NCBI RefSeq assembly: GCF_965641715.1
Contig: NZ_OZ282453.1
DNA: 64,000 nt
Reading direction: 5' to 3' (one strand)
Source: Escherichia coli
Lineage (GTDB): Bacteria; Pseudomonadota; Gammaproteobacteria; Enterobacterales; Enterobacteriaceae
Part shown: one piece after another, positions 32,724 through 42,840 of the stretch
How the letters are laid out: each line of letters starts with the position of its first letter
Numbering within the stretch: position 1 is the stretch's first letter
Notes under the pieces: model-generated
Database searches by the model: none
What the model saw: the letters and a program-made list of their open reading frames with translations, nothing else
What the model was told of the DNA's origin: nothing
Program-made: the position numbers and the translations under genes

Positions 32724-34859
32724 TTATTCGATAAGGCTTTCTGAAGGGGTGATCAGTTGCGGGTTCAGGCAGCTTTCATAATAGGCCTGAATCTTCATCA
32801 TGCGAGTGCGATGACGCTGGTAACGCCGCCAGGCCTGTACGCCATTATAAATGGCGCTACCCAGCATCGTCAGTAGCAGCAGTGTGGTGCTGAGATAGCG
32901 CCACAGGCCGGAACGATCCGGGATCGGATGAAGGCCTATATGCTGCGTACCATTGGCGTCAGTGAAGATTTTTGTGACGATACCCTCGGCGTTAAACGGC
33001 GTATGCATCAGCATTTGTGCCAGTTTCTGGAAAGCGTTCCACTGTTCTTGCGGCGGGTAGTCGTAAAGTGATGCCGAAGGCCAGGGTTGATCAACAAAAT
33101 CGCTGCCTTCATCGCTGACAATCAGGAATCCGCCGGGGGCCGGACTGTTTAGTGATTGTGCCGCTCGTGCCGTTTCATGCGTGATAAACGGCGCGGTGGA
33201 GGTTGCCACCAGGTTATCCAGCGATTCCGCACTTACCGGGCGTAATAACACATTCACGCCATCGAGTTTCCCGGCGTTGGCGCGTTTTACCAGCGCGTCC
33301 CAGTCTTTACTGTTGCCGAGATTGACCAGCGCATTTTTCAGTCGCACACAGTCATCTTTGGCAGAACACAGATCCGCTGTCTTCAGTACAATGTCGCCAA
33401 AATCATCAAGCAATACCATGCCGGATTTTTGAATTGCTGAACGTAATGAGGCGCTGACGCGAGATTCATCTTCCGGTTTAGGGTGCAGCTGGCGATTAAC
33501 TGCTTCAGTCAATGCCGTCGCTTTGTTGACCAGTTCAGATTCTGGTAATGGTAATGAGCGGGCGTCATTCCAGATGATCTGCGAGCAGTCAAACGGTAAA
33601 AAAGGTGAATTGGTTTTCGCGCTCCAGGTTCCGGAAGTGCGAATATTACACATTCCCGTACCGCTAATACGCAATGTATCGCCTACCCGCACGCCAGCGT
33701 CAGCCAGTTGTTTTACGCTGGTGGCTTCAATGGTCTGCGCGCCTTTCATCCATGAGAGAGTGAATTTCAGCGGCATATCCAGCGGGATCCAGAATAACAG
33801 CATAAACAGCACCAGCAGCGAGCCCGCAGCGATAATCGTACTGCGCAGCCAGTGCTGTAACGGAAAGTTTTTTACTTCATCATGCAGCGAAAGATATCGC
33901 CCCTGACGCACTACGTGGCGGTCGAGATAGATATCAATATCGGTTTGTTGACCGAGATCCTGAGCAATGTATGGCTGCCAGTGTGCGGGATAGACCAGGT
34001 CGATAATACCGAGTGAAATATTGTTGATCTGTTCCTGATCGTTTTCGCCAAACAATCCCCAACGACGGGGTGTACCGCGCAGACAATGAATTTCCCGCAG
34101 GGAGGATTTTGCCGGGGGGGCGAATAGCCCCCACAGACCTGCGCCCAGCAGCAGTAACGCGCCGCCTGCCAGCCACGGAACAAATACATCCGGGGTAATC
34201 AGGCAGAAAAAGAACATCAGAAAGGAGGCGACGATCAGCAACGCTTCACGCAGCCCGCGCGGACGACTCAGCGCATATTCTTCATGCGTTTCTTTGCGAA
34301 TATTGAGTAGCTCGATTTGCTCACTCTCTTCCCCGCGAATCGACGCCTGCGTGGACGGAACAGGTTGCAAGGTATAGCCGCGCGTTTCCTGCATGTACTC
34401 CTGCAGCGTATGACCGTTGAGTGAAATAACCAACGGCAGCGAATCGGTATGAATCAGTTCAACGGTATTCTCATCGTTGATGTACTGTTCCCAGAAAGGG
34501 GGCAGGTGGACTTCTACCGAATCGAGGTAGTAACGCCATTTATTCGGATCGTCGGTAGAGATGCCGTAACGTGTGATAGCGTGTGTCAGCATCATGACGT
34601 TGTTGCTTTCGGCATTCAGCGCCAGAGAGATCGGTGCCGCGCTGGCTCCCGTTGGGCCAGGCACCTGTAATACCTGCGTCAGGCTCTCAAGATAATTTTC
34701 AACGGCGCTACGTTCTTCAGGTGTGAGTTTACGCGTTTGCGCATCCGCGAAGGCGTTGGTCCAGGGCAGCTGACGCCGTCTGGATCGCACTTTTATCAGC
34801 CATCCCGCAAGTAGTGAGCAGGCCAGCAAAGCAGCTAAAAAAATCACAATGGTGCTCAT
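32724..34859 (-). CDS. igaA: Rcs-phosphorelay attenuator IgaA/YrfF (711 aa), inner-membrane protein
   Basis: ORF begins MSTIVIFLAALLACSLLAGWLIKVRSRRRQLPWTNAFADAQTRKLTPEER; length and position match IgaA. Confidence 0.92.
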   Translation of the reverse strand: MSTIVIFLAALLACSLLAGWLIKVRSRRRQLPWTNAFADAQTRKLTPEERSAVENYLESLTQVLQVPGPTGASAAPISLALNAESNNVMMLTHAITRYGISTDDPNKWRYYLDSVEVHLPPFWEQYINDENTVELIHTDSLPLVISLNGHTLQEYMQETRGYTLQPVPSTQASIRGEESEQIELLNIRKETHEEYALSRPRGLREALLIVASFLMFFFCLITPDVFVPWLAGGALLLLGAGLWGLFAPPAKSSLREIHCLRGTPRRWGLFGENDQEQINNISLGIIDLVYPAHWQPYIAQDLGQQTDIDIYLDRHVVRQGRYLSLHDEVKNFPLQHWLRSTIIAAGSLLVLFMLLFWIPLDMPLKFTLSWMKGAQTIEATSVKQLADAGVRVGDTLRISGTGMCNIRTSGTWSAKTNSPFLPFDCSQIIWNDARSLPLPESELVNKATALTEAVNRQLHPKPEDESRVSASLRSAIQKSGMVLLDDFGDIVLKTADLCSAKDDCVRLKNALVNLGNSKDWDALVKRANAGKLDGVNVLLRPVSAESLDNLVATSTAPFITHETARAAQSLNSPAPGGFLIVSDEGSDFVDQPWPSASLYDYPPQEQWNAFQKLAQMLMHTPFNAEGIVTKIFTDANGTQHIGLHPIPDRSGLWRYLSTTLLLLTMLGSAIYNGVQAWRRYQRHRTRMMKIQAYYESCLNPQLITPSESLIE

Positions 34860-35178
34860 GCTTTCCCCATCTTACTTAGTCTGTCAGGCGTGGTCAGTCG
34901 CACCGGACACAATACATGATTCTGCGGTTGGCTATCGGCAAGCGTGGAGTTTAACTTGAGCATCATTAAGCACATCACAGTAACCGCTGATCATAGCAAA
35001 CCCTCTGAAGGCGGAATATCAGCAAATTCCTGGAGTTATTTCAACCTATTGACTTTTAATTTGATTTGAGGACGATTATTTATTAAGTTACATAAATGTA
35101 AATAACATGCAATTCACATTGCCGAAAGCGTGTCCGATATCGCACAATAACCGCTGATTTCACAGCATAGATCCCACG

Positions 35179-35739
35179 ATGAGCAAATCATTACAAAAAC
35201 CCACCATTCTGAATGTTGAAACTGTAGCCCGTTCCCGACTGTTTACCGTCGAGAGCGTGGATCTGGAGTTCAGCAATGGCGTGCGGCGTGTTTATGAACG
35301 AATGCGTCCAACCAACCGGGAAGCAGTGATGATTGTGCCGATTGTGGACGATCACCTGATCCTGATCCGCGAATACGCAGTGGGAACTGAATCCTACGAA
35401 TTAGGTTTTTCGAAAGGATTAATTGATCCGGGTGAAAGCGTCTACGAAGCCGCTAACCGCGAGCTAAAAGAAGAGGTTGGATTTGGTGCGAACGATCTGA
35501 CTTTTTTGAAGAAGCTCAGCATGGCACCGTCTTACTTTTCCAGCAAAATGAATATAGTGGTAGCGCAAGATCTCTACCCGGAATCGCTGGAAGGCGATGA
35601 GCCAGAGCCGCTACCACAGGTGCGCTGGCCGCTGGCGCATATGATGGATTTGCTGGAAGACCCTGACTTCAACGAAGCGCGTAATGTCAGCGCGCTGTTC
35701 CTCGTGCGCGAATGGTTGAAAGGGCAGGGGCGAGTGTAA
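35179..35739 (+). CDS. nudE: ADP-compounds hydrolase NudE (186 aa), Nudix family
   Basis: Nudix box GLIDPGESVYEAANRELKEEVGF present. Confidence 0.93.
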   Translation: MSKSLQKPTILNVETVARSRLFTVESVDLEFSNGVRRVYERMRPTNREAVMIVPIVDDHLILIREYAVGTESYELGFSKGLIDPGESVYEAANRELKEEVGFGANDLTFLKKLSMAPSYFSSKMNIVVAQDLYPESLEGDEPEPLPQVRWPLAHMMDLLEDPDFNEARNVSALFLVREWLKGQGRV

Positions 35740-35752
35740 ATGCGTGAAGTTT

Positions 35753-35849
35753 GCCTGATGCACAACGCTTATCAGGCTTATGGGGTTCCTGCAATATATT
35801 GAGTTTTCACGATTTTGTTAGCCGGATAACGCGTTCACCCGTATCCGGC
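35753..35849. repeat. Two REP-type palindromic units between nudE and mrcA
   Basis: gcctgatgcacaacgcttatcaggc (35753-35777) and gccggataacgcgttcacccgtatccggc (35821-35849). Confidence 0.6.
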
Positions 35850-35877
35850 ATAAACAAGTGCACTTTGTCAGCAAACT

Positions 35878-35901
35878 GAAAAGGCGCCGAAGCGCCTTTT
35901 T
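35878..35901. terminator. Bidirectional rho-independent terminator shared by nudE and mrcA
   Basis: aaaaggcgc-cgaa-gcgccttttt: GC stem with tetraloop, flanked by A-run and T-run. Confidence 0.8.
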
Positions 35902-35903
35902 AA

Positions 35904-38456
35904 TCAGAACAATTCCTGTGCCTCGCCATTATCGATAATGGTCGTTCCCACCTCGTGCACCGCCTGTTGTGTCGGCTGCGTACCTTCGATGAAATACTCT
36001 TCGCGGCTGTTGCCACCATTAGCTAACTGCCCGGTGCTGCGATCGATATTCACCGTCACAATACCCGGCGGCGGCGTCAGCGGCTGCTCCGGCACACCTT
36101 CAAGAACGGCTTTCATATAAGCGTCCCATGCAGGCTGGGCACTCTTGGCACCGCCTTCGTAACCTGAGATCTGATCTTTAATCGCTCCGGAAGCCGTTGT
36201 ATGACCGAGATTACGACGGTGATCATCAAAGCCAATCCAGACCGAGGTCACAACGCCCGGTCCGTAACCCGAGAACCACGCATCTTTCGAACTGTTAGTG
36301 GTACCGGTTTTCCCGCCGATATCGCGACGCTGCAAATCACGACCTGCACGCCAGCCAGTACCCTGCCAGCCTGGCTCACCAAAGATATTGGTGTTCAAAG
36401 CACTCTTAATCAGGAATGCCAGCGGAGTGTTGATGACGTGCGGTGCGTACTCCTGCGCGCCAGTCTTCGCCACTAATGCCTGATTTGCCTGCTCCAGCTG
36501 CGGCATTGGTACAGAAACATTCTGCTGCTCGCGGGAGATAGCGACATCTTCAACATCGTTATTTTCCAGCACGTTCGATTTCTGCGTATCACCGTAAATC
36601 ACCGGAATATCACATTCCGGGCAGGCTACTTTCGGTTTCGCTTCGAAAATCACGCCGCCCTGATCGTTTTCAATTTTGCTGATAAACCACGGGTCCACCA
36701 GGAAGCCGCCGTTCGCCATGACCGCGTAGCCGCGCGCCACCTGCATTGGAGTGAAGGACGCTGAACCCAGCGCCAGCGATTCGGTGTGGACAATGTTTTG
36801 CGCCGGGAAGCCGAAGCGTTGCAGATATTCTGCAGCGTAGTCGACGCCCATCGCCCGCATTGCGCGTACCATCACCACGTTTTTCGACTGACCCAGCCCC
36901 TGACGTAAGCGAATTGGACCGGCATACTGCGGTGGTGAGTTCTTCGGCTGCCAGTCAGAACCGGCACCTGCATCCCAGCGAGAAATTGGCACATCGTTCA
37001 ACATACTTGCCAGCGTCAGACCTTTATCCATCGCCGCGGTGTAGAGGAACGGTTTGATGTTGGAACCTACCTGACGCAGTGCCTGGGTGGCGCGGTTAAA
37101 CTTGCTCTGATTGAAATCAAAGCCACCGACCAACGCCATAACGGCACCGTTTTGCGGATTGATCGACACCAGTGCCGAGTTCACTTCCGGCACTTGTGCC
37201 AGCCACCATGCATCGCCAACCTGACGAACCCAGATTTGCTGACCCGTTTGCAGAACATCGGTCACTTTACGCGGCGTCGGTCCTTGCTGAGTATCCGAAC
37301 GGTAAGGACGCGCCCAGCGAACGCCTTCCATACTCAATGCGACGGTCGACCCGTCCGCCAGCATTGCCGTCGCTTCCTGAGGATTGGCGCTGGTGACTGC
37401 GGCAGGCAGCAGCGGACCATAGGTTGGCAGCGCCTTCAGCGTATCGGTAATCTTGTTGTTATCCCACGCCGACTCGCCCACTTTCCACAGCACATTTGCC
37501 GGGCCGCGATAGCCGTGGCGCATGTCGTAGTCCAGCACGTTATTACGTACCGCCTGCTGTGCGGCCTGCTGCACTTTGCGGGTGATGGTGGTGTAAATGC
37601 GATAACCGTCTTCATAGGCACTTTCGCCATAACGGTTATACATCTCCTGGCGCACCATTTCGCTCAGGTACGGCGCAGAAAAAGCAATCTCCGGCGCGTG
37701 ATAGTTAGCGTTAATCGCCTCAGTGCGTGTCTGATCGAACTGTTGTTGGGTGATATACCCTTCATCCAGCATCCGCGATAGCACGACGTTACGCCGCGCG
37801 ACGGCACGATCCATCGAGTAGAGCGGGTTGAAGGTGGAAGGCGCTTTCGGCAGCCCGGCTATCACCGCCATTTCGTTCAGCGTCAGTTGGTCGACCGTTT
37901 TTCCGAAATAGACTTGTGCCGCAGCACCGACACCATAGGCGCGGTAACCAAGGTAAATCTTGTTCAGATAAAGCTCGAGGATTTCGTCTTTCGTCAGCAA
38001 CTGTTCAATGCGAATCGCGAGGAAGACTTCCTTAATCTTACGCATCAGCGTGCGTTCTGGACTGAGGAAGAAATTTCTCGCCAGCTGCTGGGTAATGGTA
38101 CTCGCCCCTTGTGACGCGTGACCGGAGAACAGCGCCACACTTGCCGCACGGAAGATCCCCACCGGGTCAACGCCGTGATGCTCGTAGAAGCGGCTGTCTT
38201 CTGTCGCGATAAAGGCTTTCACCATCTCCGGCGGGATTTGATCCAACGTAACCGGAATACGACGTTTCTCACCGTATTGAGCAATCAGCTCGCCATCGGC
38301 GCTGTAAATCTGCATCGGAATTTGCAGGCGAACATCTTTTAATGTCGCCACATCCGGCAGTTGTGGCTCGATGTAGCGGTATAGGCCATAAATCGAGCCT
38401 GCTCCCAGCAGAATGCAACAGACTGCAAGGATCAAAAAATACTTTACGAACTTCAC
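35904..38456 (-). CDS. mrcA: Penicillin-binding protein 1A (MrcA), 850 aa from GTG start
   Basis: Glycosyltransferase motifs (EDSRFYEHHGVD) and transpeptidase SxxK/SxN/KTG motifs (e.g. GGKTGTT). Start taken at GTG complement 38454-38456 (MKFVKYFLILAV). Confidence 0.95.
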   Translation of the reverse strand: MKFVKYFLILAVCCILLGAGSIYGLYRYIEPQLPDVATLKDVRLQIPMQIYSADGELIAQYGEKRRIPVTLDQIPPEMVKAFIATEDSRFYEHHGVDPVGIFRAASVALFSGHASQGASTITQQLARNFFLSPERTLMRKIKEVFLAIRIEQLLTKDEILELYLNKIYLGYRAYGVGAAAQVYFGKTVDQLTLNEMAVIAGLPKAPSTFNPLYSMDRAVARRNVVLSRMLDEGYITQQQFDQTRTEAINANYHAPEIAFSAPYLSEMVRQEMYNRYGESAYEDGYRIYTTITRKVQQAAQQAVRNNVLDYDMRHGYRGPANVLWKVGESAWDNNKITDTLKALPTYGPLLPAAVTSANPQEATAMLADGSTVALSMEGVRWARPYRSDTQQGPTPRKVTDVLQTGQQIWVRQVGDAWWLAQVPEVNSALVSINPQNGAVMALVGGFDFNQSKFNRATQALRQVGSNIKPFLYTAAMDKGLTLASMLNDVPISRWDAGAGSDWQPKNSPPQYAGPIRLRQGLGQSKNVVMVRAMRAMGVDYAAEYLQRFGFPAQNIVHTESLALGSASFTPMQVARGYAVMANGGFLVDPWFISKIENDQGGVIFEAKPKVACPECDIPVIYGDTQKSNVLENNDVEDVAISREQQNVSVPMPQLEQANQALVAKTGAQEYAPHVINTPLAFLIKSALNTNIFGEPGWQGTGWRAGRDLQRRDIGGKTGTTNSSKDAWFSGYGPGVVTSVWIGFDDHRRNLGHTTASGAIKDQISGYEGGAKSAQPAWDAYMKAVLEGVPEQPLTPPPGIVTVNIDRSTGQLANGGNSREEYFIEGTQPTQQAVHEVGTTIIDNGEAQELF

Positions 38457-38575
38457 TGGAAATTTCCCATTTAGTTTCATTTGGGCAGTTTATAAACAAA
38501 CACGCGGTAGTATAAAGGCAAGCCAGACGCATTGATATACCCGTCAGAGTGACGGGTGATAAGGAGATCATCACA

Positions 38576-39355
38576 ATGGCATTTAAGATCTGGCAAATTG
38601 GTTTGCATTTACAACAGCAAGAAGCGGTAGCGGTTGCTATTGTGCGGGGCGCAAAAGAATGCTTTTTGCAACGCTGGTGGCGGTTGCCGCTGGCGCACGA
38701 CATTATCAAAGATGGGCGGATTGTTGATGCGCAGCGGCTGGCTAAAACGTTGTTACCGTGGAGTCGCGAACTGCCGCAGCGCCATCACATCATGTTGGCG
38801 TTTCCCGCCAGTCGCACATTACAGCGGTCATTTCCGCGCCCGTCGATGTCCCTCGGTGAGCGGGAGCAAACGGCCTGGCTTTCCGGGACGATGGCCCGCG
38901 AGCTGGATATGGATCCGGACTCCCTGCGCTTCGATTACAGCGAAGACTCACTCAGTCCCGCCTATAACGTGACTGCCGCGCAAAGCAAAGAGCTGGCAAC
39001 GCTGCTTACTCTGGCAGAAAGGTTGCGTGTTCATGTTAGTGCGATCACCCCGGATGCCAGTGCATTACAGCGATTCCTGCCTTTTTTACCTTCTCATCAG
39101 CAATGTCTGGCCTGGCGTGATAACGAACAGTGGCTGTGGGCGACGAGCTATCGCTGGGGGCGCAAACTGGCGGTGGGGATGACTAGCGCGAAGGAGCTGG
39201 CGGCAGCGTTATCCGTTGATCCCGAAAGCGTCGCGATATGTGGCGAAGGCGGATTTGATCCCTGGGAGGCCGTTTCTGTTCGTCAGCCGCCGTTACCGCC
39301 GCCAGGTGGAGACTTTGCCATCGCGCTGGGGCTGGCGCTTGGGAAGGCGTACTGA
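38576..39355 (+). CDS. hofM: DNA-utilisation / type IV pilus assembly protein HofM (PilM-like), 259 aa
   Basis: Start MAFKIWQIGLHLQQQEAVAVAIV preceded by a strong AAGGAG Shine-Dalgarno; first gene of a five-gene hofMNOPQ block. Confidence 0.88.
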   Translation: MAFKIWQIGLHLQQQEAVAVAIVRGAKECFLQRWWRLPLAHDIIKDGRIVDAQRLAKTLLPWSRELPQRHHIMLAFPASRTLQRSFPRPSMSLGEREQTAWLSGTMARELDMDPDSLRFDYSEDSLSPAYNVTAAQSKELATLLTLAERLRVHVSAITPDASALQRFLPFLPSHQQCLAWRDNEQWLWATSYRWGRKLAVGMTSAKELAAALSVDPESVAICGEGGFDPWEAVSVRQPPLPPPGGDFAIALGLALGKAY

Positions 39356-39894
39356 TGAACCCGCCAATTAATTTTTTGCCCTGGCGACAGCAACGCCGGA
39401 CCGCTTTTCTTCGTTTCTGGTTGCTGATGTTCGTTGCGCCTCTGCTGCTGGCCGTCGGGATAACGCTAATACTGCGTCTGACAAGCAGCGCCGAAGCGCG
39501 CATAGACGCCGTTTTGCTTCAGGCGGAACAACAACTCGCCCGCAGCTTACAGATAACGAAACCACGTTTGCTGGAGCGCCAACAAATTCGTGAGCAGCGT
39601 TTGCAAAGGCAGCGCCAGCGACAATTTACCCGCGACTGGCAATCTGCGCTGGAAGCACTGGCGGCGCTTTTACCCGAGCACGCCTGGCTGACAACGATAA
39701 GCTGGCAGCAGGGAACGCTGGAGATCAAGGGGTTGACAACAAGCATTACCGCGTTAAACGCACTGGAAACGTCACTCCGCCAGGATGCGTCTTTTCATCT
39801 CAATCAGCGGGGAGCCACGCAGCAGGATGCGCAGGGACGCTGGCAATTTGAGTATCAGTTAACAAGGAAGGTTAGCGATGAACATGTTCTTTGA
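39355..39894 (+). CDS. hofN: HofN (PilN-like), 179 aa
   Basis: MNPPINFLPWRQQRRTAFLRFWLLMFVAPLLLAVGITLIL (single N-terminal TM segment); 1-bp overlap (TGATG) with hofM. Confidence 0.88.
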   Translation: MNPPINFLPWRQQRRTAFLRFWLLMFVAPLLLAVGITLILRLTSSAEARIDAVLLQAEQQLARSLQITKPRLLERQQIREQRLQRQRQRQFTRDWQSALEALAALLPEHAWLTTISWQQGTLEIKGLTTSITALNALETSLRQDASFHLNQRGATQQDAQGRWQFEYQLTRKVSDEHVL

Positions 39895-40318
39895 CTGGTG
39901 GTTCGCCATATCACCCCGCCTCCGCCAGTTTTGCTGGGCAGTCTGGTTGCTGATGTTAGTTACGCTCATTTTTCTGTCATCGACACACCATGAAGAGAGC
40001 GACGCATTAATTCGACTACGGGCAAGTCATCACCAGCAGTGGGCCGCACTGTATCGCCTGGTAGACACCACTCCCTTCAGCGAGGAAAAAACGCTGCCCT
40101 TTTCGCCACTGGATTTTCAGTTATCCGGCGCGCAACTGGTTTCCTGGCATCCATCCGCGCAGGGAGGTGAGTTGGCGTTGAAAACGCTGTGGGAAGCAGT
40201 GCCGTCGGCATTTACACGGCTGGCAGAGCGCAACGTCAGCGTGAGCCGTTTTTCGTTAAGCGCGGAAGGTGATGATCTTTTGTTCACGCTACAACTGGAG
40301 ACGCCGCATGAGGGTTAA
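39878..40318 (+). CDS. hofO: HofO (PilO-like), 146 aa
   Basis: MNMFFDWWFAISPRLRQFCWAVWLLMLVTLIF; 17-bp overlap with hofN. Confidence 0.85.
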   Translation: MNMFFDWWFAISPRLRQFCWAVWLLMLVTLIFLSSTHHEESDALIRLRASHHQQWAALYRLVDTTPFSEEKTLPFSPLDFQLSGAQLVSWHPSAQGGELALKTLWEAVPSAFTRLAERNVSVSRFSLSAEGDDLLFTLQLETPHEG

Positions 40319-40712
40319 ACGCTGGTTGTTGGCAGGTATTGCATTGTGCCTTTTAACCGGTATGCGTGACCCTTTTAAACCGCCGGAAGATCTATGCCGG
40401 ATTAGCGAACTTAGCCAGTGGCGCTATCAGGGGATGGTAGGGCGAGGCGAGCGCATCATCGGTGTAATAAAAGACGGGCAAAAGAAATGGCGACGGGTGC
40501 AGCAAAACGATGTGCTGGAAAACGGCTGGACAATTTTACAGCTGACGCCAGACGTACTAACGCTGGGTACCGGGACAAACTGCGAACCGCCACAATGGTT
40601 GTGGCAACGGCAAGGAGATACAAATGAAGCAATGGATAGCCGCACTACTGTTGATGCTGATACCCGGCGTACAGGCGGCAAAGCCGCAAAAAGTGACGCT
40701 GATGGTGGATGA
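40308..40712 (+). CDS. hofP: HofP (PilP-like lipoprotein), 134 aa
   Basis: MRVKRWLLAGIALCLLTGMRDPFKPP (signal peptide / lipobox-like LTGM); overlaps the hofO 3' end and the hofQ 5' end. Confidence 0.85.
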   Translation: MRVKRWLLAGIALCLLTGMRDPFKPPEDLCRISELSQWRYQGMVGRGERIIGVIKDGQKKWRRVQQNDVLENGWTILQLTPDVLTLGTGTNCEPPQWLWQRQGDTNEAMDSRTTVDADTRRTGGKAAKSDADGG

Positions 40713-41862
40713 CGTTCCGGTAGCTCAGGTGTTGCAGGCGCTGGCTGAACAGGAGAAGTTGAACCTGGTGGTGTCGCCAGACGTCAGCGGTACGGTGTCG
40801 TTACATCTAACAGATGTTCCCTGGAAGCAGGCACTACAAACTGTAGTGAAAAGCGCCGGACTGATAACGCGCCAGGAGGGCAACATTCTCTCAGTGCATT
40901 CCATTGCCTGGCAGAATGACAATATCGCCCGTCAGGAAGCGGAGCAGGCGCGGGCGCAGGCAAATCTGCCGCTGGAAAATCGCAATATTACTCTGCAATA
41001 CGCCGACGCCGGAGAGCTGGCGAAAGCTGGGGAGAAGCTACTGAGCGCCAAAGGGAGTATGACCGTCGATAAACGCACCAATCGCCTTTTGCTACGAGAT
41101 AACAAAACGGCGTTAAGCGCCCTTGAACAGTGGGTAGCGCAAATGGATCTGCCGGTCGGGCAGGTTGAGCTGTCGGCGCATATTGTCACCATTAATGAAA
41201 AAAGTTTGCGTGAGTTAGGCGTGAAATGGACGCTGGCCGATGCGCAACAAGCTGGTGGCGTTGGGCAAGTCACCACGCTTGGCAGCGACCTCTCCGTAGC
41301 GACGGCGACAACGCATGTCGGTTTTAACATTGGGCGCATCAATGGACGTTTGCTGGATCTTGAGCTTTCTGCGCTCGAACAAAAACAGCAGCTGGATATT
41401 ATCGCTAGTCCGCGTCTGCTGGCCTCACATCTTCAGCCTGCCAGCATTAAACAGGGGAGCGAAATTCCATATCAGGTTTCCAGCGGGGAAAGTGGCGCGA
41501 CGTCGGTGGAATTTAAAGAGGCAGTCCTGGGGATGGAGGTCACGCCCACGGTGTTACAAAAAGGTCGCATCCGGCTGAAATTACACATCAGCCAGAACGT
41601 TCCGGGGCAGGTGCTACAGCAGGCCGATGGCGAAGTGCTGGCGATTGATAAGCAGGAGATCGAAACGCAGGTCGAGGTCAAAAGCGGAGAAACGTTGGCG
41701 CTGGGCGGCATTTTTACCCGTAAAAATAAATCGGGTCAGGATAGCGTGCCGTTGCTTGGCGACATTCCCTGGTTCGGGCAATTATTTCGTCATGACGGAA
41801 AAGAAGATGAACGACGCGAGTTAGTGGTGTTTATCACGCCACGACTGGTTTCCAGTGAGTAA
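40624..41862 (+). CDS. hofQ: Outer-membrane secretin HofQ (412 aa)
   Basis: MKQWIAALLLMLIPGVQAAKPQKV signal peptide; secretin C-domain (..VLQKGRIRLKLHISQNVPG..GETLALGGIFTRKNKSGQDSVPLLGDIPWFGQLFR). Confidence 0.93.
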   Translation: MKQWIAALLLMLIPGVQAAKPQKVTLMVDDVPVAQVLQALAEQEKLNLVVSPDVSGTVSLHLTDVPWKQALQTVVKSAGLITRQEGNILSVHSIAWQNDNIARQEAEQARAQANLPLENRNITLQYADAGELAKAGEKLLSAKGSMTVDKRTNRLLLRDNKTALSALEQWVAQMDLPVGQVELSAHIVTINEKSLRELGVKWTLADAQQAGGVGQVTTLGSDLSVATATTHVGFNIGRINGRLLDLELSALEQKQQLDIIASPRLLASHLQPASIKQGSEIPYQVSSGESGATSVEFKEAVLGMEVTPTVLQKGRIRLKLHISQNVPGQVLQQADGEVLAIDKQEIETQVEVKSGETLALGGIFTRKNKSGQDSVPLLGDIPWFGQLFRHDGKEDERRELVVFITPRLVSSE

Positions 41863-42262
41863 ACAGCCGTAAAAGCGGTAATGTTTTTACGCTGAACGTG
41901 TTTCATCTATTTGACGCGCGCAGGTATTTAGCATACAAGGAGTACCGATTTGAGAGTTGGTGCTCTTCGCTGCCTGCGTTCCATGATGATGATTTATCAT
42001 TCAGGCGGCATTTTGCTGTCTTTTTTACGCTAATCTTACCCGGTGATTTATCGCCAGAGCGGTGGTAGCAAGGCAGCGCGCTTGCAGCGACCAGATATGC
42101 AGAGGGATGGGTGATTTATTCAGTTGCCAAACCCGCTGGAGTATTGAGATAATTTTCAGTCTGACTCTCGCAATATCTTATGAGGTTTCAGTTCATGTCC
42201 TGCGGCGCTCTCTGAGCGAAGCGGGTTTATCATTAACGAATAGTCTTAGTAGTACCGAAAAA

Positions 42263-42784
42263 ATGGCAGAGAAACGCAATATCTTTCTGGTTGGGCCTAT
42301 GGGTGCCGGAAAAAGCACTATTGGGCGCCAGTTAGCTCAACAACTCAATATGGAATTTTACGATTCCGATCAAGAGATTGAGAAACGAACCGGAGCTGAT
42401 GTGGGCTGGGTTTTCGATTTAGAAGGCGAAGAAGGCTTCCGCGATCGCGAAGAAAAGGTCATCAATGAGTTGACCGAGAAACAGGGTATTGTGCTGGCTA
42501 CTGGCGGCGGCTCTGTGAAATCCCGTGAAACGCGTAACCGTCTTTCCGCTCGTGGCGTTGTCGTTTATCTTGAAACGACCATCGAAAAGCAACTTGCACG
42601 CACGCAGCGTGATAAAAAACGCCCGTTGCTGCACGTTGAAACACCGCCACGTGAAGTTCTGGAAGCGTTGGCCAATGAACGCAATCCGCTGTATGAAGAG
42701 ATTGCCGACGTGACCATTCGTACTGATGATCAAAGCGCTAAAGTGGTCGCTAACCAGATTATTCACATGCTGGAAAGCAACTAA
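42263..42784 (+). CDS. aroK: Shikimate kinase I AroK (173 aa)
   Basis: [28 protein letters not shown] (Walker A). The 67-codon in-frame upstream extension in the ORF track was not used. Confidence 0.95.
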   Translation: MAEKRNIFLVGPMGAGKSTIGRQLAQQLNMEFYDSDQEIEKRTGADVGWVFDLEGEEGFRDREEKVINELTEKQGIVLATGGGSVKSRETRNRLSARGVVVYLETTIEKQLARTQRDKKRPLLHVETPPREVLEALANERNPLYEEIADVTIRTDDQSAKVVANQIIHMLESN

Positions 42785-42840
42785 TTCTGGCTTTATATAC
42801 ACTCGTCTGCGGGTACAGTAATTAAGGTGGATGTCGCGTT

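Noticed and set aside
42062-42262. 67-codon in-frame upstream extension of aroK; similar extensions at rtcR (1800-1967), pckA (28511-28579), mrcA (38457-38480), gntX, greB, frlR, frlA and frlB
   Set aside because: The extensions lack ribosome-binding sites and extend past the conserved N-termini. Starts were set at the conserved Met (or GTG for mrcA) that gives the expected protein length.
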